Origin: Macrostomum lignano
Lineage: Eukaryota
DNA length: 64,000 nucleotides
Direction: 5' to 3'
NCBI GenBank assembly: GCA_002269645.1
Contig: NIVC01000084.1
Location: forward strand, 992,001 to 1,056,000
Under the pieces are notes generated by a model that was given only the letters and a program-made list of their open reading frames with translations, was not told the origin of the DNA and did no database searches. The position numbers were made by a program, and so were the translations under genes. The stretch's first letter is position 1; every line of letters starts with the position of its first letter. This document shows positions 1 to 14,465 of the stretch, piece after piece.

Positions 1-1270
1 TAAAGTGTCTATGACACAAACTGTCTATGACACAAACTGTCTATGACACAAACTAAAGTGTCTATGACACAAACTGTCTATGACACAAACTGTCTATGAC
101 ACAAACTGTCTATGACACAAACTGTCTATGACACAAACTGTCTATGACACAGATAGACTGTCTATGACTCAAACTGTCTATGACTCAAACTGTCTATGAC
201 ACAAAATGTCTACGACACAAACTATCTATGACACAAACTGTCTACGACACAAACTATCTATGACACAAACTGTCTATGACTCAAACTGTCTATGACACAA
301 ACTGTCTATGACACAGATAGACTGTCTATGACTCAAACTGTCTATGACTCAAACTGTCTATGACACAAACTGTCTATGACTCAAACTGTCTATGACACAA
401 ACTGTCTTATGTTATAAAATCTCAAGGACACTACAAACTGTCTATGACACAAACTGTCTTATGTTATAAAATCTCAAGGACACTACAGACTGTCTATGAC
501 ACAAACTGTCTTATGTTATAAAATCTCAAGGACACTACAGACTGTCTATGACACAAACTGTCTTATGTTATAAAATCTCAAGGACACTACAGACTGTCTA
601 TGACACAAACTGTCTTATGTTATAAAATCTCAAGGACACTACAGACTGTCTATGACACAAACTGTCTTATGTTATAAAATCTCAAGGACACTACAGACTG
701 TCTATGACACAAACTGTCTATGACTCAAACTGTCTATGACACAAACTGTCTATGACACAAACTGTCTATGACACAAACTATCTATGACACAAACTGTCTA
801 TGACTCAAACTGTCTATGACACAAACTGTCTATGACACAAACTATCTATGACACAAACTGTCTATGACTCAAACTGTCTATGACACAAACTGTCTATGAC
901 ACAAACTATCTATGAGACAAACTGTCTATGACACAAACTGTCTATGACACAAACTGTCTATCACACAGACTATCTATGACACAAACTGTCTATGACACAA
1001 ACTGTCTATGACACAAACTGTCTATCACACAGACTATCTATGACTCAAACTGTCTATGACACAAACTGTCTATGACACAAACTATCTATGACTCAAACTG
1101 TCTATGACACAAACTGTCTATGACACAAACTATCTATGACACAAACTGTCTATGACACAAACTGTCTATGACACAAACTGTCTATCACACAGACTATCTA
1201 TGACACAAACTGTCTATGACACAAACTGTCTTATGTTATAAAATCTGAATGACACTACAGACTGTCTACA
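1..1270. repeat. Minisatellite, 16-bp unit with embedded 52-bp variant block
   Basis: Unit TATGACACAAACTGTC repeated from the window start; about 400-700 carries a 52-bp variant (…CTTATGTTATAAAATCTCAAGGACACTACAG…). Confidence 0.97.
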
Positions 1271-2139
1271 CAAGCCGTTTAGTCAAGTATGGCCAAGATG
1301 AAATCTTTACTAGAATGAGATCATCTTGAAATAACATGAATAACGGGTCTTCCTCTGGTTGTTTTCGTGACTAATAAATTTTTCATTTCATTAACAACAT
1401 GCCAGGTTTTTGAGCTTATATAAATCTGCTGCCAGAACATCAGTTAGGGGATTAATAATCAGTCTTAGAAAAAGGCTTTTTTTCCTTTCATTAAAAGCCT
1501 CCTCGATACCCAGGTGCGTTTTGGCCAAAATAATCTATTTGCCTTCTTGCCTTAAAAGCAGAAAAGACACAGTCTTTTAGAAGAGGAAGAAGTGCTTTGA
1601 AGGGCTGCTCACAGCGGGAAGCCTTGCAGAGCTTTCACCGCTCAAACTATAATCCCCTGTTTTTCTGTCTCTGCAAAGCCATCACCTGCTTTAATCTTGT
1701 CTCTACAGAGCTCTCCAGAGTCTGCCTTCTTCAAGAAGCAGCCACACGTAGTTTCCCGCGCCGTTGTTGCTTTATTTGAAATGTGTTCAATAAGAGGCGG
1801 GCGTGGGCTAGATGGCGGAGGCTGGAGCAGAAAGGATGAGGCTGACTGACGAGGCGATGATTCTAAGAAAAAAGAGGGAGAAAAAATTGTTTTTTTAAAC
1901 CTACGCTGATGAAAGGTAGAGGGGCGGAGGAAGACGGGCAGGTACGGAAAAGCAACCTGAAAGGCCAGCTGCCGGCGCCACTTACCGTAATTAAAGCCCT
2001 TTGCCTTTTTCCTAAAGAGATGCCTCTCTAACAACCAGCATTTTTACCTTGAAGCTTGCCTGCGATAGTTAGCAAATCCCTCGGCGAATGCATTGATGAA
2101 ATCATTGATTATAAATTTGTCATTGTTAGACACAAAGAC

Positions 2140-3125
2140 ACAAAGACAATAAGACATAATGACACTAAGACAATAAGACATTAAGGCACTAAGACGCCAA
2201 GACACTAAGACACTAATACAATAAGACACTAGGACACCAAGAAACTAAGACACTACGACACTTAGATACTAAGACACTAACTGCACTAAGGGACTGACAC
2301 ACAGGCAGTAGGACACTAAGGCACTAACTGCACTAAGGGACTGACACACAGGCAGTAGGACACTAAGGCACTAACTGCACTAAGGGACTGACACACAGGC
2401 AGTAGGACACTAAGGCACTAACTGCACTAAGGGACTGACACACAGGCAGTAGGACACTAAGGCACTAACTGCACTAAGGGACTGACACACAGGCAGTAGG
2501 ACACTAAGGCACTAACTGCACTAAGGGACTGACACACAGGCAGTAGGACACTAAGGCACTAACTGCACTAAGGGACTGACACACAGGCAGTAGGACACTA
2601 AGGCACTAACTGCACTAAGGGACTGACACACAGGCAGTAGGACACTAAGGCACTAACTGCACTAAGGGACTGACACACAGGCAGTAGGACACTAAGACAC
2701 TAACTGCACTAAGGGACTGACACACAGGCAGTAGGACACTAAGGCACTAACTGCACTAAGGGACTGACACACAGGCAGTAGGACACTAAGGCACTAACTG
2801 CACTAAGGGACTGACACACAGGCAGTAGGACACTAAGGCACTAACTGCACTAAGGGACTGACACACAGGCAGTAGGACACTAAGACACTAACTGCACTAA
2901 GGGACTGACACACAGGCAGTAGGACACTAAGGCACTAACTGCACTAAGGGACTGACACACAGGCAGTAGGACACTAAGGCACTAACTGCACTAAGGGACT
3001 GACACACAGGCAGTAGGACACTAAGGCACTAACTGCACTAAGGGACTGACACACAGGCAGTAGGACACTAAGGCACTAACTGCACTAAGGGACTGACACA
3101 CAGGCAGTAGGACACTAAGGCACTA
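2140..3125. repeat. Minisatellite, 47-bp unit (~18 copies) preceded by degenerate GACACTAA repeats
   Basis: GACACTAAGGCACTAACTGCACTAAGGGACTGACACACAGGCAGTAG; period 47 (2281 to 2328); copies near-identical with no spacers. Confidence 0.97.
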
Positions 3126-4149
3126 GATAATTACAACCCTTGTTATATCAAAAGTTTTAACCAGAATTCAAAAAAATCTGCGCACAGAGTGTAAAAATAT
3201 CTTGTTATTATCGGGCAACTGCAGGCCCAGCCCTCTCTATAACGAAAGAAGACTTGCACAAAGTTGTTTACAAGCAACAGTTGAATTCATTATGCATAGT
3301 AAAATAGGAAGTTTACCGGTATACTGTAATTCATACCGGTTAAATTCCGAATATGGCTATAGCGAGGCCTTCACTGGTAGGTCGGTATAATTTAGGAGAA
3401 AAAAGTCGCAGTACTGACGGCTTGAATGGGTGTTTACCAGACAAGACATAAAAGTTCTATACGCTTGGAACGGTAGAAATTTTCCTCAATACAACCGTTT
3501 ATTACTGCCCCGTGTTGCCAGTGCAAGTATCAAGGTCGATGATAGGTCCCAAACTGTTGAACGAAGTCAATCTAAGTTTGTTCCCCATGATTTTATATAA
3601 GTTAGCCAGCTAACTGGCTGACAGATAAAAGTGCATAGGGAACTGTAGTTAAAGCACTGCAGTTTCCTAGAAAACTATAGCTAAGCAATGGCAAGATGGC
3701 AAGAGTGGTTGTAATCCACCTGCCGAAAGTTGGAGCTGCAACTGTTTGTTTAGAAAATACAATCCGAATTTGGATGCCAAAAAATGGTAGAACTAGGCCT
3801 AAATTTGAAGAATTTTTAATATTTTATGCCAACGCAAATTCAGTTTTATGCCAACGCAAATTCAGTTAGTGGCGAAGGTTTTACATAAGCGCTATAGTTT
3901 GATGAAAGTTTATGAAATCAAGAAATCAAAGTTGAATAAAGTAGATGGAGTGGAGTGATGTTACAAGCGTACCAGCTGATGGAATGCACAAGCATAATGA
4001 AGAAGATTAGAGAAAGGACTGGTAAGTCACGAGATAGTTAAACGAGATGAGAGATGAGAAATAAGAGAAAGTACAGACAAGGAAGATTAATTAGATAAGG
4101 GACGTGAGAGTTGAGAGGAGGGAGAGGAGGGAGAGGATTAGATTAGGTG

Positions 4150-5484
4150 TAGTAAGTGAAGTCTAGTGAAGTTTAGGTCTAGTGAAGTTTAAGACTAGTG
4201 AAGTTTAGGTCTAGTGAAGTTTAAGACTAGTGAAGTTTAGGTCCAGTAAAGTTTAGGACTAGGGAAGTTTAAGTCTAGTGAAGTTTAGGTCTAGTGAAGT
4301 TTAGGTTTTGTGAAGTTTAGATTTAGTGAGGTTTAGGTTGTGAAGTTAAGGTCTAGTGAGATTTAGGTCTAGTGAAGTTTCGGTCTTGTGTAGTTTCGGT
4401 CTTGTGTAGTTTCGGTCTTGTGTAGTTTCGGTCTTGTGTAGTTTCGGTCTTGTGTAGTTTCGGTCTTGCGTAGTTTCGGTCTTGTGTAGTTTCGGTCTTG
4501 TTTAGTTTCGGTCTTGTGTAATTTCGGTCTTGTGTAGTTTCGGTCTTGTGTAGTTTCGGTCTTGTGTAGTTTCGGTCTTGTGTAGTTTCGGTCTTATGTA
4601 GTTTAGGTCTAGTGAAGTTTCGGTTTTGTGTAGTTTCGGTCTTGTGTAGTTTCGGTCTTGTGTAGTTTCGGTATTGTGTAGTTTCGGTCTTGTGTAGTTT
4701 CGGTCTTATTTAGTTTAGGTCTAGTGAAGGGGGGCCGTAGCCCAGCGGTAGCGCAGTTGCTCTGGTGTGCCAGCGACCCAGGCTCGATCCGAAGTGCAGT
4801 CACATTAATTTGGGGCTGAATTGGAATCTCGGCTTGGCTCTGCTCGTGCAATTAACGGCCTTGAGAGCCAACCCCCCAAGGTGCAGTGAAGTGTACATCC
4901 CTAACGATAATATAAAGTTAGGGCCGCTGTACACTCCTGTGTGAGTGTGGGCCTGCGTACGTATCCGCGCGCTTGTATGCCTGCTCAGGGGAGTCGGCGG
5001 AATGGGCAGTAATGCTTCTCGCCGGTTGTGTGCCTATGTCGCTTAAAGTGCGCCAGGGTGCACACACCCCCTGCCTCTAATAAAAAAATAGGTCTAGTGA
5101 AGTTTAGGTCTAGTGAAGTTTAGGTCTTGTGTAGTTTAGGTCTAGTAAAGTTTAGGTCTAGTGAAGTTTAGGTCTAGTGAAGTTTAGGTCTAGTGAGGTT
5201 TAGATCTTGTGTAGTTTAGGTCAAGTAAAGTTTAGGTTTTGTGTAGTTTCGGTCTTGTGTAGTTTAGTTCTAGTAAAGTTTAGGTCTTGTGTAGTTTAGG
5301 TCTAGTGAAGTTTAGGTTTTGTGTAGTTTTGGTCTTGTATAGTTTAGGTCAAGTAAAGTTTAGGTTTTGTGTAGTTTCGGTCTTGTGTAGTTTAGGTCTA
5401 GTAAAGTTTAGGTCTTGTGTAGTTTAGGTCTAGTGAAGTTTAGGTTTTGTGTAGTTTCGGTCTTGTGTAGTTTAGGTCAAGTAA
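4150..5484. repeat. 16-bp minisatellite, left part (interrupted by a SINE and by the 8.8-kb transposon)
   Basis: Units GTCTAGTGAAGTTTAG / GTCTTGTGTAGTTTCG; the same array resumes at 14290. Confidence 0.95.
4730..5088 (+). mobile_element. tRNA-derived SINE with conserved central domain
   Basis: Head GGGGCCGTAGCCCAGCGG (A box) … GGCTCGATCC (B box-like); A-rich tail; flanked by TAGGTCTAGTGAAG at 4716-4729 and 5089-5102 (a possible TSD, but this is also the host repeat unit). 4930-5059 is similar by eye to copies at 26860-26982 and 56458-56606. Confidence 0.85.
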
Positions 5485-6145
5485 CCCGGTGTAAAAAGTT
5501 GCGTCTGACGGACGTCAAATTATCATCGTCCACAAGCACCCCGTATGTACGTCCGAATATGGTCATGCAGACGCTGACAAAACGAAAATTTCGGACGGTT
5601 TTAGGACCGACAGATTTTTGCGCTATATATACTATTATGAGTAGACATTTAAAGATATTAAGGACTCGAATGTCGAATGCAGAAAATTAAAATGGCTTAA
5701 TTGTTGCTCAAATTTTACTGCTTCATTGTTGCTTTATTGTAAGTTTAGTATATTTGGATTTGTACTTAGCCTTATACAAATTGCAAAAATTTCCTGTTAG
5801 TTTTCGAGCAAGATAAAAAATTCGTGAAAATTAAATGAAACAATTAAAAGTTAAGTAATTAAACAAAGAAAGGAAAGCAGCCTGAAGTTCAAAATACTTA
5901 GTTAAAAAAGTAAGTCGAATTAAATGTTATTAAAAAGCACAAGAGTTCAAAGTATTCAAGTAAATATAGGAGTGTTTTATAATAAAAGCTTCAGCACAAA
6001 ATGGGGAAAACGCGACATTTTATAATTACTAGTGTTACTACCAGTAACGCGCAGAAAATATTGTAAAATACTTAAAAAACTGCTTGGAGAAGTCAGCAGT
6101 GAACTATTAATGCTTTGATGTCAAAAAAGTTTTAAGATAAATTAC

Positions 6146-8384
6146 TTATTCGTCACTGGATGACGACAAAAGTCGGGGTCTTCGCGCTTGGTGCGAAAAC
6201 TCAGCAGCAGCAGCAGAGACTGGAAGCGACAGCCGCTTCCGGCGAGCCGCACACCTCTCAGCAGCATGCTTTAGGATGCGCGCCATTTCTTTCTCGACGG
6301 CCTGTTCTGATGGCCTCGATTTCTCATCCGGGTAGATGAGCACGATAGCGTCTGTGGTAGAAAAAGTTGTATAATTTTTTGTGTCACTCATACAGCAAAT
6401 TAAGTTTCGTTCTTTTGCTACTCTTAGTAGTAGAAAAGGAATTTTCAATAGCACTCTTTTCGAAACTGTTTAACTGTAAATTTTGTTTCGTTTTGCCCAC
6501 TCTGCATTCTATATCTCCTGTTTGAATATTAGAATTAAAGTTTGAATATTAGAATTAAAGTTTGAATATTAGAATTAAAATATCCTTTTTTCCCAAATAG
6601 CACTCTATATCGAGTATACTCGAATATATCGAGTATGGACCATGTTTTAGGATCGTTTCCCACATATTCTAAAACCTCTAGAATGATCGAATAATTCGCT
6701 ACCTTACCTTGAAATACATCCATGGCATTTTTAAAAGCCAGTGCTGAATCCGTAACTTCTATAGACGGCAGCTCACTCTTGCACCGCTCAGCCATGTTGC
6801 GACCTGACCAATTCACCACTTGCTGCATTGCATCAGAGAGGCACTTGCTAAGCATGCGCAAGCATGTGTCATGCACTGATGCGCATCGACAGCCTCGGAG
6901 ACTCGGAGCCTGTGATGTGAAAGGATGTTGAGTGTATGGAGATCGTGAGAGGAATTATGTATGTATTGATATTTTTTAAATCATGTTTCATGTTTATTTA
7001 TATTTTTATTATCATCTGTTTATTAAGTTCAAAAGTAAGGCCACAGAAATTACTGACAACAAAATGAATGAAAATGCACTTTTTTCTCTTACCAGTTCGT
7101 TTCTGAAGCTTGGCGAAGTAATAAAACGAATGTACAGAGGCCAAGAATCGATCGTTTTCCAATTTTGTCGTGGACCGCCTGCGGCTGCTGGCACTTGTTG
7201 TTGATTGATGCGCCTTTCCAGAGAAGCAACCTGTGCCACAAGTCCCTCGATAGCTGTCGTAATAGAATCCTCAAAGCGCCTGATCCGGGACTCGACGGCA
7301 CGCTGTTGCCGTGTATCCAGCATTGCCAGATGCGCCACAGCCGTCAGCGACTCAGGGTTAATACCAGCATCCGCCAATTGCTTTTGAATGCCACGAATCA
7401 ATGCGGGGCTGATGATTGTCTCCTCTAAGTCTGACGGTTGGTGAGATAAATCGACAGCCGAATGCTGCTGATCGACGAGTGGTGCTGTGTTGTGGGCCAC
7501 TGGCAGCTCTGGAGTCTTTGGGACCGTCGAGATTTGGTTCGCAGATGCAGTGGCTGACGACCGAGGAGTCGATTCCTCTAAACAGACATTTTTCTGAGCC
7601 TCTCTTACTGCAGCCCTTAAATCTTGTCTCTGTGGCGGCGTGGTGGTTGGCACGAATTCGCTGATTTGAGGCAGTCTTGGTCTGCTGCCTCTGCTGGTCA
7701 AAGGCTGCCTCTGTTCTTTTTGAGCCACGCGGCCAATGTCCGTCTCACTATCAGAAGTATTTACCATCTGAAATGCAGATTTAGGATTTGCGAGCGACTT
7801 TTAAAGATAATTTGAAATTATTCATTATTATTTTTGCTCGTACTACTAATATCGTATCATTAGATTATTTCAGACTATTGAATATTTCAGCATATCAAAA
7901 TGCTTCTTCTAAACCTTCTTGGATACCCCAAACATATTTTTCCGAAGTCTGTTTCCATATCCTTTCGAATATGCTCATCAAACCATTTGTTTAGATCTCC
8001 CAAAATACAGCATATATTCCATATAAGCTTACTTACATTCAATGGTGGGAAGTTATTTCGTCTTCCAATGTTGACTCGAGCGATAGTTTTGAGCAAACTC
8101 TCAAGTCGTTTTTTCTTCTCAGCCACCATTTGACGTAGCATGTAGACTGTTGGGTCCGAATCTGTTTCAGGATCCAGCAACACTTGCAGAACAACAGCGT
8201 CGTACCATTCGCCTTGGTACTCAGCCCTAACATGTATTGGGCTCAGAGAGTAGCGGTTCGAATCATTTAAAGCTGTCCAGTCCTCGCTAGCAAAACTTGA
8301 ATATTCGCTGTCCAGCTTAACCTCCTCCTCCGACCTTTCAACAATTTGGCTGTCCTCGATAAAGAAAACTATGTATCGTGTCAT
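6146..8384 (-). CDS. DUF4806-type transposon accessory protein, 4 exons, 476 aa, intact
   Basis: Exons 8384-8037, 7767-7093, 6909-6708, 6351-6146 with GT-AG sites and consistent phases (0,0,1). C-terminus …SVHDTCLRMLSKCLSDAMQQVVNWSGRN…EQAVEKEMARILKHAAERC fits the DUF4806 pattern (L-S-D/N…NW-x-GR…KHA-x-D/ER), recognised from memory and not by HMM search. Confidence 0.75.
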
Positions 8385-8691
8385 TGTCTTGGGAGAAAAC
8401 AAATTCAGCTTAAAAATGAAACACGAATCCCTGAGTATAACGTCTTTCTATGCCAATTTAAAGCTATTTTTCTTCCTCATTTGGCTCTCTGCTCCGCGTA
8501 ACCAATCCCGTCGTTTGGCAAATTCCGAGGTCCATTGAAACCCAAAAACTGAATTCCAATTGGCTCACCACTTTACGAGTTCGTAAAGTAAGTTTGTTTA
8601 GTTAAAGACAAAGCTTCTACTATTAGTTAGTATTCGACTGTTACGTTTCAATTAATTGGAATTCTTGCACCAACATCTCAGTCTTTACAAA
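8385..8691. promoter_or_regulatory. Putative bidirectional promoter between DUF4806 gene and transposase
   Basis: About 300 bp between divergent ATGs (8384 on -, 8692 on +); CCAAT boxes (AACCAATC ~8500-8507; CCAATTGG ~8556-8563). Confidence 0.4.
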
Positions 8692-9775
<1,084 letters not shown>

Positions 9776-11864
9776 ACAAGTGGATTACTTTTTCTTGTAT
9801 ATCTGCGGTGCACACCTATCGAATCCACTGTATGCCAGTAAGATTGCTTGTACCTACAGGAACAGCACCTACTCCAACTGCTCATAGCTCGATTTTCAAT
9901 TAAATAGACAGGTGTATTGCTTAACAAACTGAAGCGAATATAGTTTCCCACAGCTGTTGTGACATTAATCAGCTGCTATGATTTCTTGACTCCGCCTCGC
10001 ATGCGTCTGCCGAAAAAAATAAGAAGTCGCTTATGCCACTGTGGTGAACTGGCAATATAGATACACAGACAGACTGAAACCTCGAGAACGCCAGACTGCT
10101 TTTCTTTGCTCTGCTTTTCCCACTGCTTCGTTGAATGCCTTTGTAACAAAATCAATATTTATAGCTGTAGCTTATAAAAATCGTAGGACCTATTCTATAC
10201 ATTGGTATGTGAACCCTGGATCAAACGAAGAGGCTCGAAAAAGCTCTTTGTTATTGAGGGTATGAGTGACTAGACAGGAGGCAGCTGGTATAAAAATATC
10301 GGAAGGAGAGGCTCGAGAGGCTTTCATTTGCTTCTTTACACACAACATCCCTCGCAATTCAGTTCGAAATGAAATTGATACATGTACATACTTCCCTACC
10401 AACACTGCCCGCTTGTTTGCTATCAGTATCCAAAGAAGCCTTTGAAGTGGTTCCTTTTCTGTCCAACTCAGTCTCCCATAAAGTAAACTACCATATGACT
10501 TTTAATCTAGATTGTAGTTCAGTTCACTGCTTTCACCAATGGAACAGAAATGTAACAACATACTTGGCGCAGCCGGAAATTCGAATCCCTTGGGGAGTGG
10601 AGGGAGTGGGCCTGTACAGTATCAAAAATATACTACTTTCGTATTCCCTTGCATTTTCTGGGGTCGCCTGTCGCTCCTTTGCTGCGCCAATCCCTGAATA
10701 GAGAGGCCAACTAAAATTCCCAAATCACACTACAGATAGATCGAAGTCGAACTCAATCAGCGCGCCCTCAAAAGCTTTTTTTCTGAAAGCAAAGTTAGTT
10801 CATTTATTGTCATTTTTATCGAGTTTTTGTCAATAATTTTAGAATTAACGACTGTAAAATTAATTCAATTTAAGAGAACTAGTGTTGAGAACTAGTCGAT
10901 CGAATAACTGAACTAACTTTTCAGTAAGTTCAAAGTAAGTCCGTTGGGGCAACAACTACCCAACCCAACCCAAACTAGCCCCCCTCCGCTCTTTCCTTCC
11001 CTTTAATTTTTTTGCTTCGCATTTCAAACTTAACTAAACTGCGCCTTGACATGCTCTCTGTCTAAGCATGGAGTCTCAACTTCATAACTCAATCGGGACA
11101 GAAACTATATGCATGTAAATTTTGCCTGATTTTTATCTATTCTTTCGCCTGGTGACTACATGGAGCAGTTAATATGTAGAAAGCAGAGAAACAGACAAAA
11201 CTCGAGAAAACAGAGGGAGAGAGAGGAGACATTAGAAAATAAAAGGTAGAGGGAAGGACATAGTGAAAAAAGGGAGAGAGGGAGAGTAGACAGGTTTGGA
11301 AGGGAGTGAGAGGAATAGCTAATAGAAGCAGAGAGGACATATGAAAAGAAGTACAAAAAAGCAGAGGCAATAAAATATTGCTTGAAATAAACCAAGGGAA
11401 TATAAACGTGAACGTTAGTTTGATTTTTTTCGAAGAAGTAAAGAGATACAGGGTTTCAATTCTGTGAGAACCATCATCTCCATATCCATGCTCATATACA
11501 ATATAGACTGGTAAAGTAAAGTAGAAAAAAACCTTCAGTCCCACGTATCGGGACATTGGGGGAAGAACCTTTTGTGTTGATTTTTCATGCGGGCAGGCCA
11601 TATTTTATATAGAACAAAGAGACTCCTCTGGGGTCTATAGCAAGGGTTCGGCAGTCTCCGGCATTCGGCCCCCCTGTCTTTAGGAAATTCAGTATTGCTT
11701 TCCTGTGCCTGGGCCTTATAAAGTCCAGCAGTCGGGTCTGGACTTAGAAACTGTTTGATTTGAAACCTCTAAATGGCTTGGTCATCTCTGACTTGTTTCT
11801 GATTCTGACTCATAATCTTCTCCCTGTCCTCTCTCAGTCTCTTCTCTGTCCTCTCTCAGTCTTT

Positions 11865-12840
11865 GACTCTTCTCTGCTGTCTCTCACTGTCTTCTCTGCT
11901 GTCTCTCACTGTCTTCTCTGCTGTCTCCTACTGTCTTCTCCTGCTGTCTCTCACTGTCTTCTCTGATGTCTCTCACTGTCTTCTGCTGTCTCTCACTGTC
12001 TTCTCCTGCTGTCTCTCACTGTCTTCTCTGCTGTCTCCTACTGTCTTCTCCTGCTGTCTCTCACTGTCTTCTGCTGTCTCTCACTGTCTTCTCTGCTGTC
12101 TCCTACTGTCTTCTCCTGCTGTCTCTCACTGTCTTCTCTGCTGTCTCTCACTGTCTTCTGCTGTCTCTCACTGTCTTCTCTGCTGTCTCCTACTGTCTTC
12201 TCCTGCTGTCTCTCACTGTCTCCTGCTGTCTCTCACTGTCTTCTCTGCTGTCTCCTACTGTCTTCTCCTGCTGTCTCTCACTGTCTTCTCTGCTGTCTCT
12301 CACTGTCTTCTCTGCTGTCTCCTACTGTCTTCTCCTGCTGTCTCTCACTGTCTTCTCTGCTGTCTCCTACTGTCTTCTCCTGCTGTCTCTCACTGTCTTC
12401 TCTGCTGTCTCTCACTGTCTTCTGCTGTCTCTCACTGTCTTCTCTGCTGTCTCCTACTGTCTTCTCCTGCTGTCTCTCACTGTCTTCTCTGCTGTCTCCT
12501 ACTGTCTTCTCCTGCTGTCTCTCACTGTCTTCTCTGCTGTCTCTCACTGTCTTCTCTGCTGTCTCCTACTGTCTTCTCCTGCTGTCTCTCACTGTCTTCT
12601 CTGCTGTCTCTCACTGTCTTCTGCTGTCTCTCACTGTCTTCTCTGCTGTCTCCTACTGTCTTCTCCTGCTGTCTCTCACTGTCTTCTCTGCTGTCTCTCA
12701 CTGTCTTCTCTGCTGTCTCCTACTGTCTTCTCCTGCTGTCTCTCACTGTCTTCTCTGCTGTCTCTCACTGTCTTCTGCTGTCTCTCACTGTCTTCTCTGC
12801 TGTCTCCCACTGTCTTCTCCTGCTGTCTCCCACTGTCTCA
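11865..12840. repeat. CT-rich minisatellite, ~19-22-bp units
   Basis: CTGTCTCTCACTGTCTTCTCTG and variants; produces spurious ORFs 11863/11966/12278. Confidence 0.95.
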
Positions 12841-13130
12841 TTGTCTAAAAATTCTTTGAAAATATAGAGCTAATTCATGAGTCCCAACTCGTTCTTCAAT
12901 AAATATATGGAGTTCTTACAAAGTTAACCAATTGATTTCAAATTTCCAACACACTTCAAAGAAGATAAATTTGTTGATAAAAGCCTTACCTAATACTGCA
13001 GTATATTCTCGCCTAATTATGAGTGTAAATTCAGAACATTTATTGTCGCTGCACAGCTGCTAACAGTAGTACGTACAGCATGATTACTTGAGGCCCTAAT
13101 ATTGAATTAGGGCTAATATAAAAATGTGAC

Positions 13131-13756
13131 CAATACTGAAACAAAAGAGGTAATGGTTTGTCAAATTCAATTCATTCAATACTGACAACAAAAGAGGTAA
13201 TGGTTTGTCAAATTCAATTCATTCAATACTGACAACAAAAGAGGTAATGGTTTGTCAAATTCAATTCATTCAATACTGACAACAAAAGAGGTAATGGTTT
13301 GTCAAATTCAATTCATTCAATACTGACAACAAAAGAGGTAATGGTTTGTCAAATTCAATTCATTCAATACTGACAACAAAAGAGGTAATGGTTTGTCAAA
13401 TTCAATTCATTCAATACTGACAACAAAAGAGGTAATGGTTTGTCAAATTCAAATCATTCAATACTGACAACAAAAGAGGTAATGGTTTGTCAAATTCAAA
13501 TCATTCAATACTGACAACAAAAGAGGTAATGGTTTGTCAAATTCAAATCATTCAATACTGACAACAAAAGAGGTAATGGTTTGTCAAATTCAAATCATTC
13601 AATACTGACAACAAAAGAGGTAATGGTTTGTCAAATTCAAATCATTCAATACTGACAACAAAAGAGGTAATGGTTTGTCAAATTCAAATCATTCAATACT
13701 GACAACAAAAGAGGTAATGGTTTGTCAAATTCAATTCATTCAATACTGACAACAAA
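13131..13756. repeat. Minisatellite, 47-bp unit (~13 copies) in the right arm of the transposon
   Basis: ACTGACAACAAAAGAGGTAATGGTTTGTCAAATTCAATTCATTCAAT; period 47 (13141 to 13188). Confidence 0.97.
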
Positions 13757-14289
13757 GAACCTATAAAATTTCTACTGAATTCCGGAAAATTAACCAAACT
13801 CAAATTTAGAAAATTTGCAGTTGCAATTGCAACTCCAATCTGCTTTCTTAGGCGCTTAACTTATTTTAAAAACACATTTTACTACCTGCTCTACTGTTGT
13901 AAGTAGCAAAATTAGCTATAGAAATGAAAAAGGTCATTTTTGGGGGTACATGTCAGTTTAAAACAGACTATCTAAGTGATTACAATATGTGTTTAATATT
14001 CAGAAATAAATCTTAAACTAAGCGAAATCTTGACAAATTATAAGCACTGATGCAGCGATCGAAAGTAATTAAAAAAATTAGGTCGGATCTAAACGGACGA
14101 AATCAGACTAAAAACGGACCCACAAAAGTTCATCATTAACAAACTTTCTAACCATTTAGTAATTGCAATCTGACCTTTTGCAGTGGTTTAAGGTGAAAAT
14201 TCGTGTTTTTTTCCCAAAGCTGACGCGACCCCTTTGAGGACCCAACATGGTCCGAAAGACGTCCGCTAGACGCAGCTTTTTGCACCGGG

Positions 14290-14465
14290 AAAGTTTAGGT
14301 TTTGTGTAGTTTCGGTCTTGTGTAGTTTAGGTCTAGTAAAGTTTAGGTCTTGTGTAGTTTAGGTCTAGTGAAGTTTAGGTTTTGTGTAGTTTCGGTCTTG
14401 TGTAGTTTAGGTCTAGTAAAGTTTAGGTCTTGTGTAGTTTAGGTCTAGTGAAGTTTAGGTTTTGT
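14290..14465. repeat. Continuation of the 16-bp minisatellite split by the transposon
   Basis: Same units and order as 5290-5484. Confidence 0.95.

Noticed and set aside
1642-2034. 130-aa minus-strand ORF and nearby short frames
   Set aside because: No recognisable motif; stops in all frames across candidate exons; could not build a consistent splice model.
2270-3125. CRISPR-like regular arrays (also 13131-13756)
   Set aside because: Head-to-tail identical units without unique spacers, no cas genes, eukaryotic context.
11137-11601. 154-aa minus-strand ORF inside the transposon
   Set aside because: Largely translation of an AG/CT-rich low-complexity tract; no homology cue.
11863-12867. Cys/Leu/Ser-rich ORFs resembling membrane proteins
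   Set aside because: CT-rich minisatellite translation.
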